DNA from: a virus | Lineage: Duplodnaviria > Caudoviricetes | Strand: one strand, 5' to 3' | Length of the DNA stretch: 36,237 nucleotides | Virus record (IMG/VR): IMGVR_UViG_3300025084_000092 | Location: 1-36,237 of that record | Translations under genes and position numbers: made by a program | Shown here: piece after piece, positions 6,307 through 18,373 of the stretch | Layout: every line of letters begins with the position of its first letter | Position numbering within the stretch: position 1 is the first letter of the stretch | Notes under the pieces: generated by a model | What the model was told of the DNA's origin: nothing | The model's database searches: none | The model's input: the letters and a program-made list of their open reading frames with translations, nothing else

Positions 6307-9300
6307 ATGATACAGACTGGATTTGAATCTAAAGTTAAGATTCAACAAATTATTGACCATCAACTGCCTGAGTTCATTTTGGATGAAAATCCAAAAACAG
6401 TAGAATTTTTAAAGCAATATTATATTTCTCAAGAATATCAAGGTGGACCAGTTGATATTGTCGATAATTTAGATCAATATCTAAAATTAGACAACTTAAC
6501 TCCAGAAGTTATAGTTGATAGTACCCATGTTACTTCAGGAATCTCTTCTACGGACACTACAATCGCCGTAAATAGCACTAAAGGATTCCCTGGACAGTAT
6601 GGATTATTTAAGATTAATAATGAGGTTATAACCTATACCGGAATCACTACAAATTCATTCACCGGATGTCAACGTGGATTTAGTGGCATCACTTCATATC
6701 ATAGCGAGTTAAATCAAGAGGAACTTATATTTTCTGATACCTCAAAAGAAAATCATATTAAAGATGCGAAAGTATATAATTTAAGTTCTTTATTTTTAAG
6801 AGATTTTTATAAAAAATTAAAATATACTTTTGCGCCTGGATTAGAGGACGTTGATTTTGCGAAAGAATTAAATGCTGGAAATTTTATAAAAGAAGCAAAA
6901 TCTTTCTATCAATCAAAAGGAACTGACGAATCATTTAGAATCTTATTTAATGTTTTATATGGAGCAACACCAAGAGTAGTAAATTTAGAGAATTATTTAA
7001 TTAAACCATCTTCTGCCGAGTATCTCAGAAGAGAAGTTGCAATTGCCGAAGTAATTAGTGGAGATCCTTCAAAATTAGTAGGACAAACAATAACCAAATC
7101 CACAGATTCTGGAACCACAGCAGCAATATCTGAAATAGAACCTTTTATCAGAAATAATAAGCAGTATTTTAAATTATCTCTTTTTATTGGATATGATGAA
7201 TCTTCAACAATTCAGGGAAATTTTAACATTACACCTAGTACAAAAAATATTGAAACTGTTGCCATAGGTGCTTCTGTAATTACCGTAGACTCTACAATTG
7301 GTTTTGCACAAACCGGAATGATTATTTCTGGTATCAATAGTGTAACTTATTCTGACAAAACTATTAATCAATTTATCGGATGTACCGGAGTTGCATCAAC
7401 AATTTCCTCTGCAAGTAATATCAGATCAGATGAAATTTATTTTGGATATGAAAATGGAGATTCTGACAAAAGAGTAGAAATAAGATTAACTGGAGTACTA
7501 TCCAATTTTATTCAGATATCTGAAGATTTGGATATTTCTGAAGGCGATACAATTTCTGTAAATAATATTGGCGATTTAATTGCAAACCCAAGTATCGGTA
7601 AAGGAACGTATAAAGAAATTTTTGCAAATTCCTGGATATACAATACTAGTTCATCTTATGAAATAAAAGATTTTGGTGTTAATTTATCATTAACACTAAA
7701 AAGTGAAATTGACAAATCTAGTTTAAAAGAAGGGGATAGTGTAGAAATTATAGAAAGTAGTGGCAATAGTCTAGGAAAAGTAGTATTTCCCACATTACCT
7801 TCAAGTATTACCCATGTAGTTGATATTTCTCCAGACAACAAATCAATTAGTTTAGACAACTTTACTTTCAGTCCAAGTTCCAATGTAGAGTACAGTTTAA
7901 GAAGAAAAATCAATAAAGCAAGAAGTACAGGTGTGCCCATAGAATATGGAAATTCTGTCATCTTAGGAGATATTCAAAACGTATATACTGATAGTACAGA
8001 AAATTTTGGATATGTTGCATCCAATTCGCTACCTTCTTCAACAACGGGACTTACCACATTCTTTACATATGAAATAACTAAAAATATCAATTCTGCGTTT
8101 ATAGATTCGGAAATAAGTTTAGGAAATATTAATCAATCAAATAATTACACAACTATTACTTTCTCCGAAAATGCACCATTTCTTACTGGAGATAGAATAT
8201 TATACAAACCAGATGTAGATCCTCTAGAAGGACTAGTTGAAGGATCTTATTTTGTTGAAGTTTTAGCATCCGATAAAAAAACTATTAGGTTGTACAATTC
8301 TTCATCTTTTATAGGATCCACTGAATTTGTAACTTTTTCAGTTCCAAGTTCTGGAATGAATAAGCATACTTTTACTTTATTTGAACATAGAGTTGGAGAG
8401 ATAGGAGCACAAAAACTTCTTAAAAAATTCAATATCCCTCCAAATAATAAAAATGGAAAAGGAGAATTAACTATACCAGGAACTACTGGTATGTTAATTA
8501 ATGGTGTTGAAATTGCAAATTATAAATCTGAAGATAAAATTTATTATGGACCTTTAGATTCTATAAAAGTATTAAATGGTGGCAGTAATTACGATGTGAT
8601 TAATTTGCCGCAATTATTAGTTTCTACTGGTTTGGGGACAACTGCATTATGTCGTCCAGTAATTCAGGGGTCTATTGAAAGTGTCGATGTTGATAGTCAA
8701 AATTTTGATATTGATAATGTCACCTCAATTGAAGTAATTGGTGGAAATGGTACTGGAGCTGATCTTAAAGCAATAGTTAGTAAAAGAGTTAGAGAAGTAA
8801 ATTTTGATGGACAATTAATATCATCAGGTGGTGGAATAGACAATAATACAAATCAAATAACTTTCTTAACAGACCATAATTTTTCAGATGGTCAAGAAGT
8901 AATTTACGATTCTAACAGAAATACCGGAATTGGAGTTGGAATAGGAACTTCATCTTTAGTTGATGATGGTTCTTACTTTGTAAAAATTGATAATAATACG
9001 ACAATTCGATTATTTGAATCATATGATGATTACTCTTCAAATAGTAACGTTGTAGGTCTCAGTACTCTTTACACCACCGGTATTCATAAATTTAAAACAA
9101 AGGAAAAAACTAAAACAATTTCTTCTGTTGATGTAATTAATGGCGGAAGTGGATATACTAATAGAAAACTAATAGTTTCTCCAACAGGAATAACTACATC
9201 AAATAGTTTGATTAGTTTTAAAAATCATGGATTTGCTGATGGAGATTTAATTCTTTATTCCACTGATGGAACATCAATTACTGGTTTAACAACTTCAACA

Positions 9301-12300
9301 GGAATAACAACGACATCAGTTCATTATCAAATTATAAAAATTGATAATGATTCATTTAAAGTCGCTAATGCTGGAGTTGGTGGAACATCTCCACTAAATT
9401 ATGAAAGAAACAATTTTGTCAAATTATCATCAACGGGAGTTGGATATCAAAATTTTGCTTATCCTGATATTTCTGTTTCTATTGAATTCACATCTGTAGG
9501 TGTCGGAACAACTGTATCTAATAGAACATTATCAGTAACTCCTTTAGTAAAGGGTAGCATTATTGATGCGTATATCTATGAGGCAGGAACTGGATATGGA
9601 TCAAGTGCCATTAATTTTGAAAAGAAACCTTTAATTACTTTAAAAAATGGAAAGAATGCACAGTTAAAACCTATTATAGTTGGTGGAATTATTAATGCTG
9701 TAAATATTCAGTTTGGGGGATCAGAATATTTTTCTGTTCCTAACTTAGAGGTTATAGATTCCAGTGGATCTGGATCTGGTGCTTTATTAAGACCAGTTAT
9801 ATCAACATCCGGAAAAATAACAGATGTCAAAATTATTAATGTTGGTATAGGATACTCTAGCGCCTCCACTTCTATTAGAGTCATTCCTAGTGGATCTGGT
9901 GTTATTTTTGATACTGAAATTAGATCGTTAAGTGTTAATAATGTTAATAAGTATGGAAATGAAATATTAAAAGAAACTAAAAATAAATTACAATATTCTA
10001 TTTCTGGATATTACACTGAATTGAGATCTACATTTAAAGATGTTCAGAGTAAAGTTTCTGGAATAATTGGTTGGGCATATGATGGAAATCCAATATATGG
10101 ACCATATGCAAACTCCGATGTATTGGATACAAGTTCTGGTCCAATACGTTTAGAATCGGGATATATTAAAAATTCTTCTAGAATTATTGATAGACCTTCC
10201 GGATTTGACGATGGATTTTTTATTGAAGATTATGAATACACAAATTCTGGAAATTTGGACAGGCACAATGGTAGATTTACAAAAACGATAGATTTTCCTA
10301 ATGGCGTTTATGCATATTTTGCCACTATTGATAACAATGGGAAACCACAATTCCCATATTTTATTGGAGACAAATATAGAACAAATACTTTAGATGAAAA
10401 TAAACTATTAAATCAAGAATTTGATTTTCAAAATTCCAATTTACTCAGAAATACTTTCCCATATAGAGTATCTGATCCGTTTGTAGATAATAATTTTTTG
10501 ATTGAAACCAATGAAATTTCAAGACAAAAATCAGTTATTGAGTCTATTACAGAGGGACCAATAGAAAAAATTGATATTTTAAATTCAGGTGTTGGGTATA
10601 AAGTAAATGATTCCTTAAATTTTGACAGCACTGAAACTAATGGTAATGGAGTTATTGCAAAAATAACTTCAATATTAGGAAAAAATGTATATGATATACA
10701 AACTTCAGTAGAAACTTATGATAATGCTGTCTTTACTTGGGATGGAGAAAATGGAGTAAAAGTTTCAATTTTACCTCAACACAATCTTAGAGATAAAGAA
10801 TATGTAACTATTTCTGGATTTAGTAGTGATTTATCTCAATTAAATAATAATTTTCAAATTGGAATTAGTTCTTTCTATTCCAATCTTTCTTCACCAATAG
10901 TTGGGTCTGATGCATCTCCTGGAGCAGCAACTACAGAGATATACGTATCTCAAATTCCAAATTCCGTTTCGATTGGCAGCAGTGTTGGAATTGGATCTGA
11001 AACTTTACAAGTATTAAATATATTTCCTAATCTTAATGTTCTCAGAGTTAAGAGAGGTTTAGTTGGAACTTCCCATACTGCCACTACAAAAATTGAATAT
11101 ATTCCAGATTTTTTCACAATACCAAAGAATGTAAATTATTTTGAGTCTTTAGTAGATGATAAAGCATACTTTAATCCTAAAGAATCTGTAGGTGTTGGTA
11201 CTGCTGTTGGAATATCAAGTTCAATGACTTTTGAATTTGGAGATTCTTCTGTCACTAGAGATGTTCTAACACAAAGAGTTTATATTGAAAATCATCCATT
11301 TATAACCAATCAACCGGTCAATTTAATTGTTCCATCTGGTGGAGCAATTTCAATTTCCAACACATCTTTAAGTACTCCATACAACTTACCAATATCAGGA
11401 GTTACTACCACAGTATATGTTGTAAGAAAAACAATAAATTCGATTGGTATTAAAACAGGAATTGGAAATGAGTTTAAGGAGGTATTTTTCCGCAATAACG
11501 GAATTGATAGTGACGAATATTTATTTGAAAGTATCAATGTACAAAAGAAATCAAAAGTTCAAAGAATTAACTCAGTTGTTTCAATTTCAACTGTTGGTCT
11601 GAATACGGTAGATCCTGGGCAAACTTATCATAAATTGTCTTCTGGAGATAAAATTACTTTAAATGTTCAACCTAAAATTTTTGGAGGAATAGGAACAGAT
11701 ACATCAGTAATTGTAAAGAGAGACACTCTTACTGATAGTCTCATTATAAATCCGATTACTATCGATCCTTCAAATATTAATTCTGTAACTAATCAGATTA
11801 CAATCAATTCTCACAAATTAGAAACAGGTCAAAAAGTAAGTTATGCTGCATCTTTACCTGCTTCCGGACTATCTACCGGGTCTTACTATGTCTATAGAAT
11901 AAATGACGATATTATTCAACTTTCCGAGACATATATTAACTCTACATTGAATCCTCCTACTGTAGTGAGTATTGCAAACACTGGCGGCGGTACACAAACA
12001 ATTTCTCCAATAAATCCAAAAATTGAAGTAGTCAAAAATAATAGTTTAGTTTTTGATCTGTCAGATTCCACTTTAGATGGATACCTATTAAAAATTTATT
12101 GCGACAACCAATTTAATAATGAATTTGTTTCTACTGGTTCAACTAGTGGAATAACTATTGCAGGTGTAGGAACTGTTGGTATTAGTCCTAATGCTAAGTT
12201 GACTCTTAATTATAACACTGACAATTCCACCAATATTTTACCAGAAAAACTATATTATAACTTAGAAAAATCTGGATATATTAGCACTGCAGATGCCGAG

Positions 12301-15300
12301 GTTAATAATTATTCGGAAATATCATATATTAAAAGTTCTTACAATTCTACATATCCTATTTCGGGAATTGGAGAAACAACATTTAATGTTGCACTTAATA
12401 AAATTCCAGAAAAATTATCTTATGAATCATCCGAATGCTCTACTTTAGAGTATTCTACAACTTCATTAAATGCAGATGGACCAATTGAAAAAATTAATAT
12501 TATTTCTGGAGGGTCTGGATATAAAAAATTACCAAATTATGTTGGTTCTTCAAATACCACAGCAAAAGATGCCAATTTGATTGCGTCTTCCAAATCTGTT
12601 GGTAATACAAAAAATGTGAGAATAATTAATGAAGGATTTGAATATTCTTCTGATAGAACTTTACAACCAAAAGCAAATATACCAGCAATAATTACGATTA
12701 AAAATTCCAACACTATTGGAATAGTTACAGTTATTAATGGAGGAAAAAATTATACGGAACCCCCAAGAATAGTGATAGTAGACGCTGATACTGGGCAGTC
12801 AATCGATAGGGGAATTTTAGCAGCAAGTGTTGTCGGAAACTCTATTAACTCAGTTAATGTTCTTCAATTACCCAAAGGTCTTCCCGATAAATCGACAGAA
12901 TTATTTACTGTAGAGAACACAAATGGAATTAGTGTTCAAAGAGTTATTCAAGAAACAGATACTAGATTTGTTTGTAGAATAACAACACCGGCTCTCGGAT
13001 TTAGCACTAGTTCATTTAGTGTTGGAGAAAAAGTTTTCATTGAGGGAATTCAAAAAGTTGGTACTGCAGGTTCTGGATTTAACTCTGAAGACTATGGATA
13101 TAAATTCTTCACTGTCAGTGAATATAAAAACTCTAAATTTGTTGGTGGTATTACTCAAGACGAAGTTACAATTGATCTGGGTGAATTTACAACTAATACA
13201 GGAACTGCCAAGACAATTCAAGATTCTCTTGGAAATATAATTAAAAAATCTGATTATCCAACTTTTGGCATTATTCAAGAAATATCCGAATTTAGTTTAG
13301 GAGAAAAATTATCTATCAATGGAGAAAATTCTAACTTAATAGTTTCTGGACTCAATCCAGGATCTATAAAAATTTCTGGAGATGATAATGAAAATGTGAT
13401 TGTTGGTGATATTCTTACAGGACAAGTAAGTTCAAATATTGCTACTATAGATCATATTGTAAGAAATAATGGCAGATTTGAAGTTAGTTTCTCCAATAAA
13501 AAAAGAATAGGATGGGACAATAACATTGGAAAACTAAGTTCTGATGATCAGGTAATTCCGGATAACGATTATTATCAAAATCTTTCATATACAGTTAAGA
13601 GTCCTATCGAGTGGAGAGAATTTAGAACCCCCGTCAATAGTCTTGTCCATACTAGTGGTCTTAAGAATTTTGGAGATCTTGGAATATCTTCAACAGCAAA
13701 TGTTGGTATTGGCAGTACAACAGCATTCACCGTAATACGTGATCTTTTAGAAGAGCTTAGAGTAGACACCATTTATAATTTTGATAATGTACTTGACATT
13801 GATGTTATTGGTTCTCAATCCAAGTTCTTAAAATTACAAAATAAAAAATTAACTGATTTTACCTTATCAAAAAGTAATGTAGTTTTAAAAATTGATGATA
13901 TTAGTAATACATTTTCAAATTTAAATAATTTTACCGATAGTGATAGTAAAAATCTTTTTACCTTTAATAATTCAGATTCTTTTGATGATGTTTTGGTTAG
14001 AGTAACTAATACTGATAATACTCAAGTTCAATTATCAGAATTGACTATTATCAGTGATAACAGTGGAGGCAATTTCTTATTAGAAAAAGGAAATATTGCT
14101 AATATTGGATCAGCTTTAACTTCTGTAGTGGGTGAAGATTATGGGAGTTTTTCTGTAACAGATGAGAATATATTTAAATTTACACCTAATGATCCAGATA
14201 ATATTGATTATGATTTTAAATTTATTAAAAATACTTTCGGATCTTCAATTTCTGGTGTTGGAACCACATCTATCGGATTTATAAATCTAACCGGTTTTAG
14301 TGGCGTCGTGACTTCTGGTGGTTCTGGAATAACCAGTTCTATTATTGGAGTTGCTACGGATAAATTTACATCATTGCATGTTAATGCACAAATTATTCAA
14401 TCCAATACAAACGAACTTAATTTTGTAGAATTATATATTACTCACAATGGCACAGATACTTTCTTATCCGAGTATTATTTTGATACTAATGAAAACGCTT
14501 CATCTTTCAATTTTATCGGTTCTTTTGGTGCTGATATTAGTTCTGGTGTTTTAAATCTAAGTTATACTAATGATACTGCAAATGATGTTCAACTGAGATC
14601 TAAAATCGTTGGATTTGGAACTACCTCAGTAGGAGTAGGAACACATAGATTTATTTTACCATCTCAACCAGAAGGATCTGAAAGAAGTGCAATAATTAAA
14701 TCCGCATATGAAACTACAGTTTCTGCTGCTGCAACAACAGTCATAAGTTTTGATAGAAACTTATTCAACTCAGTTAAATCTTTGGTTGAAGTGAGTATGG
14801 GATCTACAAAGGCAGTTCATAATGTATTAGCTTTGCAGGATAATGCCCTTGATAATTATGTTCAGCAGTCATCTTTCCTTTCTGCTGGAGGAATAGGAGT
14901 AACTGATGCACAGAGTGGGATGGGAACATTTGGTGTGGAATATTCTGGAGAAAACTTCATACTCAAATTCTATCCAGATGCTTCAATGACATCATCTTTA
15001 CAAGTGTCTTCTCTTAATGAAATACTTTATACAGACTTAGATTCAAGTAATACTCCACCTATTCATCAATATGGTAATATAACACAATCTTTAAATGTCG
15101 GATTCTATAATGCTCTAAATGGAAATAGAATTGACAGGACTGATTTTATAGCACAATCTAACGGAATTCCAATTTTTGGAAAAACTTTCGATCCAACCAA
15201 CTCTTTACAATTAAATCTTAGTACTGGTGTATTTACAATTGACGATCACTTCTTCAGAACTGGTGAAGCTCTTTCATATACTCCACAATCAACATTTGTT

Positions 15301-18300
15301 GGAGTTGGATCAACTGCAATGACATATGGTACTGGAACACCTCTACCATCGGTCGTATATGCAATTAGAGAAAATGATGACGAATTTAAACTTGCCACAA
15401 CTAGAGCTAATGCGGAAGCGGGTGTAAATGTATCCTTTGGATCATCTGGTGAAGGAAATGCTCATGAATTATCAATGTTATTAGGTAATGAAAAAACACT
15501 AATAACATTAGATAATATAGCACAATATCCACTGAAGTTTACTCCAATTGCATATACACTATCAGGAAATCCTGGGGGTCAGATTGGAACCACATCCACA
15601 TTTTTCAGTTTAAGTGGAATTTCTTCAATAACTTCGACAGATTTGATAAAAATTAATGATGAATATATGAAGATTTTGAGTGTTGGTGTTGGAACTACAG
15701 CAGTTGGACCAATAACGGGAATAGGTCAGTCATCTTTGGTTGAAGTTAAGAGAGGAGTAGTTGGTTCTTCAGCAACATCTCATTCTGCTGGAGATGAAGT
15801 TAGAATTTATAGAGGTTCATATAACATTTCGGGTAGAAACATTCACTTTGTAGATCCTCCGAGAGGAAATACTTCAACAGAAAAAAATTCAAGTAATCTT
15901 GATCCAGCAAGATCAGATTTTACTGGCAGAGTTTATCTGAGAAATAATTACGATACCAATCAAATATATGATGATATTTCCGATCAATTTACAGGAATAG
16001 GAGCAACATTCACATTAACTGTTGGTGGAGCAAATACTACTGGAATTGGAAGTACTGGTGGTAATGGCATTTTGTTTATAAATGGCATTTTTCAAACGCC
16101 TTCGACACTCAATAATCCAGATAATAATTTTTCATTGAATGATGAAGGTACTGTGGGTGTAACAAGTGTTACTTTCAGTGGAATAACTTCTACGGATGGA
16201 ACTAAGTATTTGTCAAATACTGATTATAATGCAAATCAATTACCAAGAGGGGGAGTAATTGTTTCCCTAGGATCTTCTGGTGGACTTGGATATGCACCTC
16301 TAGTTGGTGCTGCTGTGAGTGCCGTAGTTGGTGCAGGTGGTTCTATAGCAGGATTTACTACAGCATTAACTGGTGGTTCTTTTGGGTCTGGATATAATGG
16401 AATAGTAGCAATAGGTGTGAGTGTCCATGAAAGCGGACATACCGGTGCTGCTGCAGTAGTATCAGCAACTGCTCTAGTTGGAGCCGGTGGAAGTTTATCT
16501 CTTATCGTAGTTGGAAATGGGGGATCTGGATATTCAAATCCTGAAATAATTGTTTCGGAACCAACTTATGAAGGTCTTGAGATAGAAGGAGTTTCTAGAT
16601 TGGGATTCGGTAATACTACAAGAACTGGTGTTAGTTTATTAGTTGATGTTGAAGTAGGTGCTGCAACAACAAGTGGAATAGGTTCCGATACATTCGAAGT
16701 TTCAAACTTTAAAATTGCAAGAAATGGACATGGATTCAGAAAAGGAGATATTATTAGACCAGTTGGTTTAGTCACACATAGTACTCTTTCATCAACAATT
16801 TCTGAATTTTTGCTGACAGTTGATGATGTATATAACGATTCAATCGGAGCATGGCAATTTGGCGAATTTGATTACATAGATTCAATTAAAAATTTCCAAG
16901 ATTCCAATAGAACTAGATTCCCACTTTTCTACAACGATGAACTTATAAGTTTTGAAGCACAGGAAGGAACACAAGTAAATCTTGCTAATGCATTATTAGT
17001 TGTAATTAACGGAATTATTCAAGATCCTGGAGTTGCATATTTCTTTGATGGAGGAACTTCATTCAGTTTTATTGAAGCACCTAAACCAGAAGATAATATT
17101 GATATTTTCTTCTATAGAGGAACTAGAAATGATGATGATCAATTGGTCACAAGTATCAATCAAACCATCAAACGAGGAGATTTGGTACAAGTTTACAAAA
17201 ATAATGCAATTAATGGCACAATATCACAAGACAAGAGAACTGTATTTGACTTATCATTCTCCGATAAATTTGAAACAAACCTATATTCTGGTAATGGAAT
17301 TGATGAAATAAATTACAAACCACTTGCATGGACAAAACAAAAAATAGACAAAGTTATTAATGGAGAAATTGTTTATAAATCCAGAGACTCTATAGAAGCA
17401 CAAGTATTCCCGACTGCTAAAATTATCAATACGGTAGAAAGCAGCGATACTGAAGTATTTGTAGAAAATTTGGAGTTGTTTGATTATGATTCTGCCAGTG
17501 ATTTTAGTGGTTTAATTGTAAGTGGTTCTACAGATCCAGTTGCAGCTGCTATAACAGCTACTGTCTCAACTGCAGGAACTATCACTGGATATACAATTGC
17601 ATCTGGTGGTAGTGGATATACTTCAATTCCAACTATTTCAATTACTGCACCGCCAGAAGTTGGAGTTGGAGTCGGAACAACTGCAACTGCAACCGCAACT
17701 ATTTCTGCTGGTACAGTTTCATCAATTTTGGTCAATAATCCAGGACTTGGATATACTATTGCTCCACAAGTTATTGTATCTCTTCCAAGTCCGACTTATG
17801 AGAATATATCTAGTATTGATGTAATTCAAGGTTTTAGTGGTATTGTTACTGGAATTACCACTGTAAATGCTCAGGGAATAGGAACACTGGCAATTCAATT
17901 TAACTTGCATAGATTGGATGGAATATCAAATTATAATGGTCTTGCTGTTGGATATCCAATTTACATCTATGATACTTCAGTTGGAAATGGTGTAACTTCA
18001 GTTGCCAATAATGATTTATCTGTTGTAGGTGTTGGTGCAACTTTCGTAGATAATATATATTTCATTCAAGAAATATCTAACGTCGGTCTTGCTGGGTCAA
18101 TTATTTGTTATGTCGATTCTGGAACTCCAGTTGTTGGTATTGCAACAACATCAAATTCAAGCAATCCTGTTGGCAGATTCTCATGGGGAAGATTTGCTGG
18201 AATAAGTAGATCTAGTTCCCCAGTTTCTATAGCAGTAACCGGAAATATTGTCGATGTTGGATTAACAACTTTCCCGACAATTCAGAGAAGAGGTACTGGA

Positions 18301-18336
18301 CTAAGGGATGGAGGAGCACTTCCAAAAAATATATAA
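6307..18336 (+). CDS. gp7: Baseplate wedge initiator gp7-like giant structural protein (4009 aa)
   Basis: QLPEFI..FLKQYY and FYQSKGTDESFRILFNVLY N-terminal motifs, YYQNLSYTVKS..LVHTSG motif; position between gp6 and gp8; many inserted beta-rich repeat domains. Confidence 0.85.
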   Translation: MIQTGFESKVKIQQIIDHQLPEFILDENPKTVEFLKQYYISQEYQGGPVDIVDNLDQYLKLDNLTPEVIVDSTHVTSGISSTDTTIAVNSTKGFPGQYGLFKINNEVITYTGITTNSFTGCQRGFSGITSYHSELNQEELIFSDTSKENHIKDAKVYNLSSLFLRDFYKKLKYTFAPGLEDVDFAKELNAGNFIKEAKSFYQSKGTDESFRILFNVLYGATPRVVNLENYLIKPSSAEYLRREVAIAEVISGDPSKLVGQTITKSTDSGTTAAISEIEPFIRNNKQYFKLSLFIGYDESSTIQGNFNITPSTKNIETVAIGASVITVDSTIGFAQTGMIISGINSVTYSDKTINQFIGCTGVASTISSASNIRSDEIYFGYENGDSDKRVEIRLTGVLSNFIQISEDLDISEGDTISVNNIGDLIANPSIGKGTYKEIFANSWIYNTSSSYEIKDFGVNLSLTLKSEIDKSSLKEGDSVEIIESSGNSLGKVVFPTLPSSITHVVDISPDNKSISLDNFTFSPSSNVEYSLRRKINKARSTGVPIEYGNSVILGDIQNVYTDSTENFGYVASNSLPSSTTGLTTFFTYEITKNINSAFIDSEISLGNINQSNNYTTITFSENAPFLTGDRILYKPDVDPLEGLVEGSYFVEVLASDKKTIRLYNSSSFIGSTEFVTFSVPSSGMNKHTFTLFEHRVGEIGAQKLLKKFNIPPNNKNGKGELTIPGTTGMLINGVEIANYKSEDKIYYGPLDSIKVLNGGSNYDVINLPQLLVSTGLGTTALCRPVIQGSIESVDVDSQNFDIDNVTSIEVIGGNGTGADLKAIVSKRVREVNFDGQLISSGGGIDNNTNQITFLTDHNFSDGQEVIYDSNRNTGIGVGIGTSSLVDDGSYFVKIDNNTTIRLFESYDDYSSNSNVVGLSTLYTTGIHKFKTKEKTKTISSVDVINGGSGYTNRKLIVSPTGITTSNSLISFKNHGFADGDLILYSTDGTSITGLTTSTGITTTSVHYQIIKIDNDSFKVANAGVGGTSPLNYERNNFVKLSSTGVGYQNFAYPDISVSIEFTSVGVGTTVSNRTLSVTPLVKGSIIDAYIYEAGTGYGSSAINFEKKPLITLKNGKNAQLKPIIVGGIINAVNIQFGGSEYFSVPNLEVIDSSGSGSGALLRPVISTSGKITDVKIINVGIGYSSASTSIRVIPSGSGVIFDTEIRSLSVNNVNKYGNEILKETKNKLQYSISGYYTELRSTFKDVQSKVSGIIGWAYDGNPIYGPYANSDVLDTSSGPIRLESGYIKNSSRIIDRPSGFDDGFFIEDYEYTNSGNLDRHNGRFTKTIDFPNGVYAYFATIDNNGKPQFPYFIGDKYRTNTLDENKLLNQEFDFQNSNLLRNTFPYRVSDPFVDNNFLIETNEISRQKSVIESITEGPIEKIDILNSGVGYKVNDSLNFDSTETNGNGVIAKITSILGKNVYDIQTSVETYDNAVFTWDGENGVKVSILPQHNLRDKEYVTISGFSSDLSQLNNNFQIGISSFYSNLSSPIVGSDASPGAATTEIYVSQIPNSVSIGSSVGIGSETLQVLNIFPNLNVLRVKRGLVGTSHTATTKIEYIPDFFTIPKNVNYFESLVDDKAYFNPKESVGVGTAVGISSSMTFEFGDSSVTRDVLTQRVYIENHPFITNQPVNLIVPSGGAISISNTSLSTPYNLPISGVTTTVYVVRKTINSIGIKTGIGNEFKEVFFRNNGIDSDEYLFESINVQKKSKVQRINSVVSISTVGLNTVDPGQTYHKLSSGDKITLNVQPKIFGGIGTDTSVIVKRDTLTDSLIINPITIDPSNINSVTNQITINSHKLETGQKVSYAASLPASGLSTGSYYVYRINDDIIQLSETYINSTLNPPTVVSIANTGGGTQTISPINPKIEVVKNNSLVFDLSDSTLDGYLLKIYCDNQFNNEFVSTGSTSGITIAGVGTVGISPNAKLTLNYNTDNSTNILPEKLYYNLEKSGYISTADAEVNNYSEISYIKSSYNSTYPISGIGETTFNVALNKIPEKLSYESSECSTLEYSTTSLNADGPIEKINIISGGSGYKKLPNYVGSSNTTAKDANLIASSKSVGNTKNVRIINEGFEYSSDRTLQPKANIPAIITIKNSNTIGIVTVINGGKNYTEPPRIVIVDADTGQSIDRGILAASVVGNSINSVNVLQLPKGLPDKSTELFTVENTNGISVQRVIQETDTRFVCRITTPALGFSTSSFSVGEKVFIEGIQKVGTAGSGFNSEDYGYKFFTVSEYKNSKFVGGITQDEVTIDLGEFTTNTGTAKTIQDSLGNIIKKSDYPTFGIIQEISEFSLGEKLSINGENSNLIVSGLNPGSIKISGDDNENVIVGDILTGQVSSNIATIDHIVRNNGRFEVSFSNKKRIGWDNNIGKLSSDDQVIPDNDYYQNLSYTVKSPIEWREFRTPVNSLVHTSGLKNFGDLGISSTANVGIGSTTAFTVIRDLLEELRVDTIYNFDNVLDIDVIGSQSKFLKLQNKKLTDFTLSKSNVVLKIDDISNTFSNLNNFTDSDSKNLFTFNNSDSFDDVLVRVTNTDNTQVQLSELTIISDNSGGNFLLEKGNIANIGSALTSVVGEDYGSFSVTDENIFKFTPNDPDNIDYDFKFIKNTFGSSISGVGTTSIGFINLTGFSGVVTSGGSGITSSIIGVATDKFTSLHVNAQIIQSNTNELNFVELYITHNGTDTFLSEYYFDTNENASSFNFIGSFGADISSGVLNLSYTNDTANDVQLRSKIVGFGTTSVGVGTHRFILPSQPEGSERSAIIKSAYETTVSAAATTVISFDRNLFNSVKSLVEVSMGSTKAVHNVLALQDNALDNYVQQSSFLSAGGIGVTDAQSGMGTFGVEYSGENFILKFYPDASMTSSLQVSSLNEILYTDLDSSNTPPIHQYGNITQSLNVGFYNALNGNRIDRTDFIAQSNGIPIFGKTFDPTNSLQLNLSTGVFTIDDHFFRTGEALSYTPQSTFVGVGSTAMTYGTGTPLPSVVYAIRENDDEFKLATTRANAEAGVNVSFGSSGEGNAHELSMLLGNEKTLITLDNIAQYPLKFTPIAYTLSGNPGGQIGTTSTFFSLSGISSITSTDLIKINDEYMKILSVGVGTTAVGPITGIGQSSLVEVKRGVVGSSATSHSAGDEVRIYRGSYNISGRNIHFVDPPRGNTSTEKNSSNLDPARSDFTGRVYLRNNYDTNQIYDDISDQFTGIGATFTLTVGGANTTGIGSTGGNGILFINGIFQTPSTLNNPDNNFSLNDEGTVGVTSVTFSGITSTDGTKYLSNTDYNANQLPRGGVIVSLGSSGGLGYAPLVGAAVSAVVGAGGSIAGFTTALTGGSFGSGYNGIVAIGVSVHESGHTGAAAVVSATALVGAGGSLSLIVVGNGGSGYSNPEIIVSEPTYEGLEIEGVSRLGFGNTTRTGVSLLVDVEVGAATTSGIGSDTFEVSNFKIARNGHGFRKGDIIRPVGLVTHSTLSSTISEFLLTVDDVYNDSIGAWQFGEFDYIDSIKNFQDSNRTRFPLFYNDELISFEAQEGTQVNLANALLVVINGIIQDPGVAYFFDGGTSFSFIEAPKPEDNIDIFFYRGTRNDDDQLVTSINQTIKRGDLVQVYKNNAINGTISQDKRTVFDLSFSDKFETNLYSGNGIDEINYKPLAWTKQKIDKVINGEIVYKSRDSIEAQVFPTAKIINTVESSDTEVFVENLELFDYDSASDFSGLIVSGSTDPVAAAITATVSTAGTITGYTIASGGSGYTSIPTISITAPPEVGVGVGTTATATATISAGTVSSILVNNPGLGYTIAPQVIVSLPSPTYENISSIDVIQGFSGIVTGITTVNAQGIGTLAIQFNLHRLDGISNYNGLAVGYPIYIYDTSVGNGVTSVANNDLSVVGVGATFVDNIYFIQEISNVGLAGSIICYVDSGTPVVGIATTSNSSNPVGRFSWGRFAGISRSSSPVSIAVTGNIVDVGLTTFPTIQRRGTGLRDGGALPKNI

Positions 18337-18348
18337 TGACAATTCCAT

Positions 18349-18356
18349 TATAAATA
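18349..18356 (+). promoter_or_regulatory. T4-type late promoter
   Basis: Exact TATAAATA, intergenic, upstream of gp8. Confidence 0.85.
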
Positions 18357-18373
18357 TATAAAAAACTATTAAT

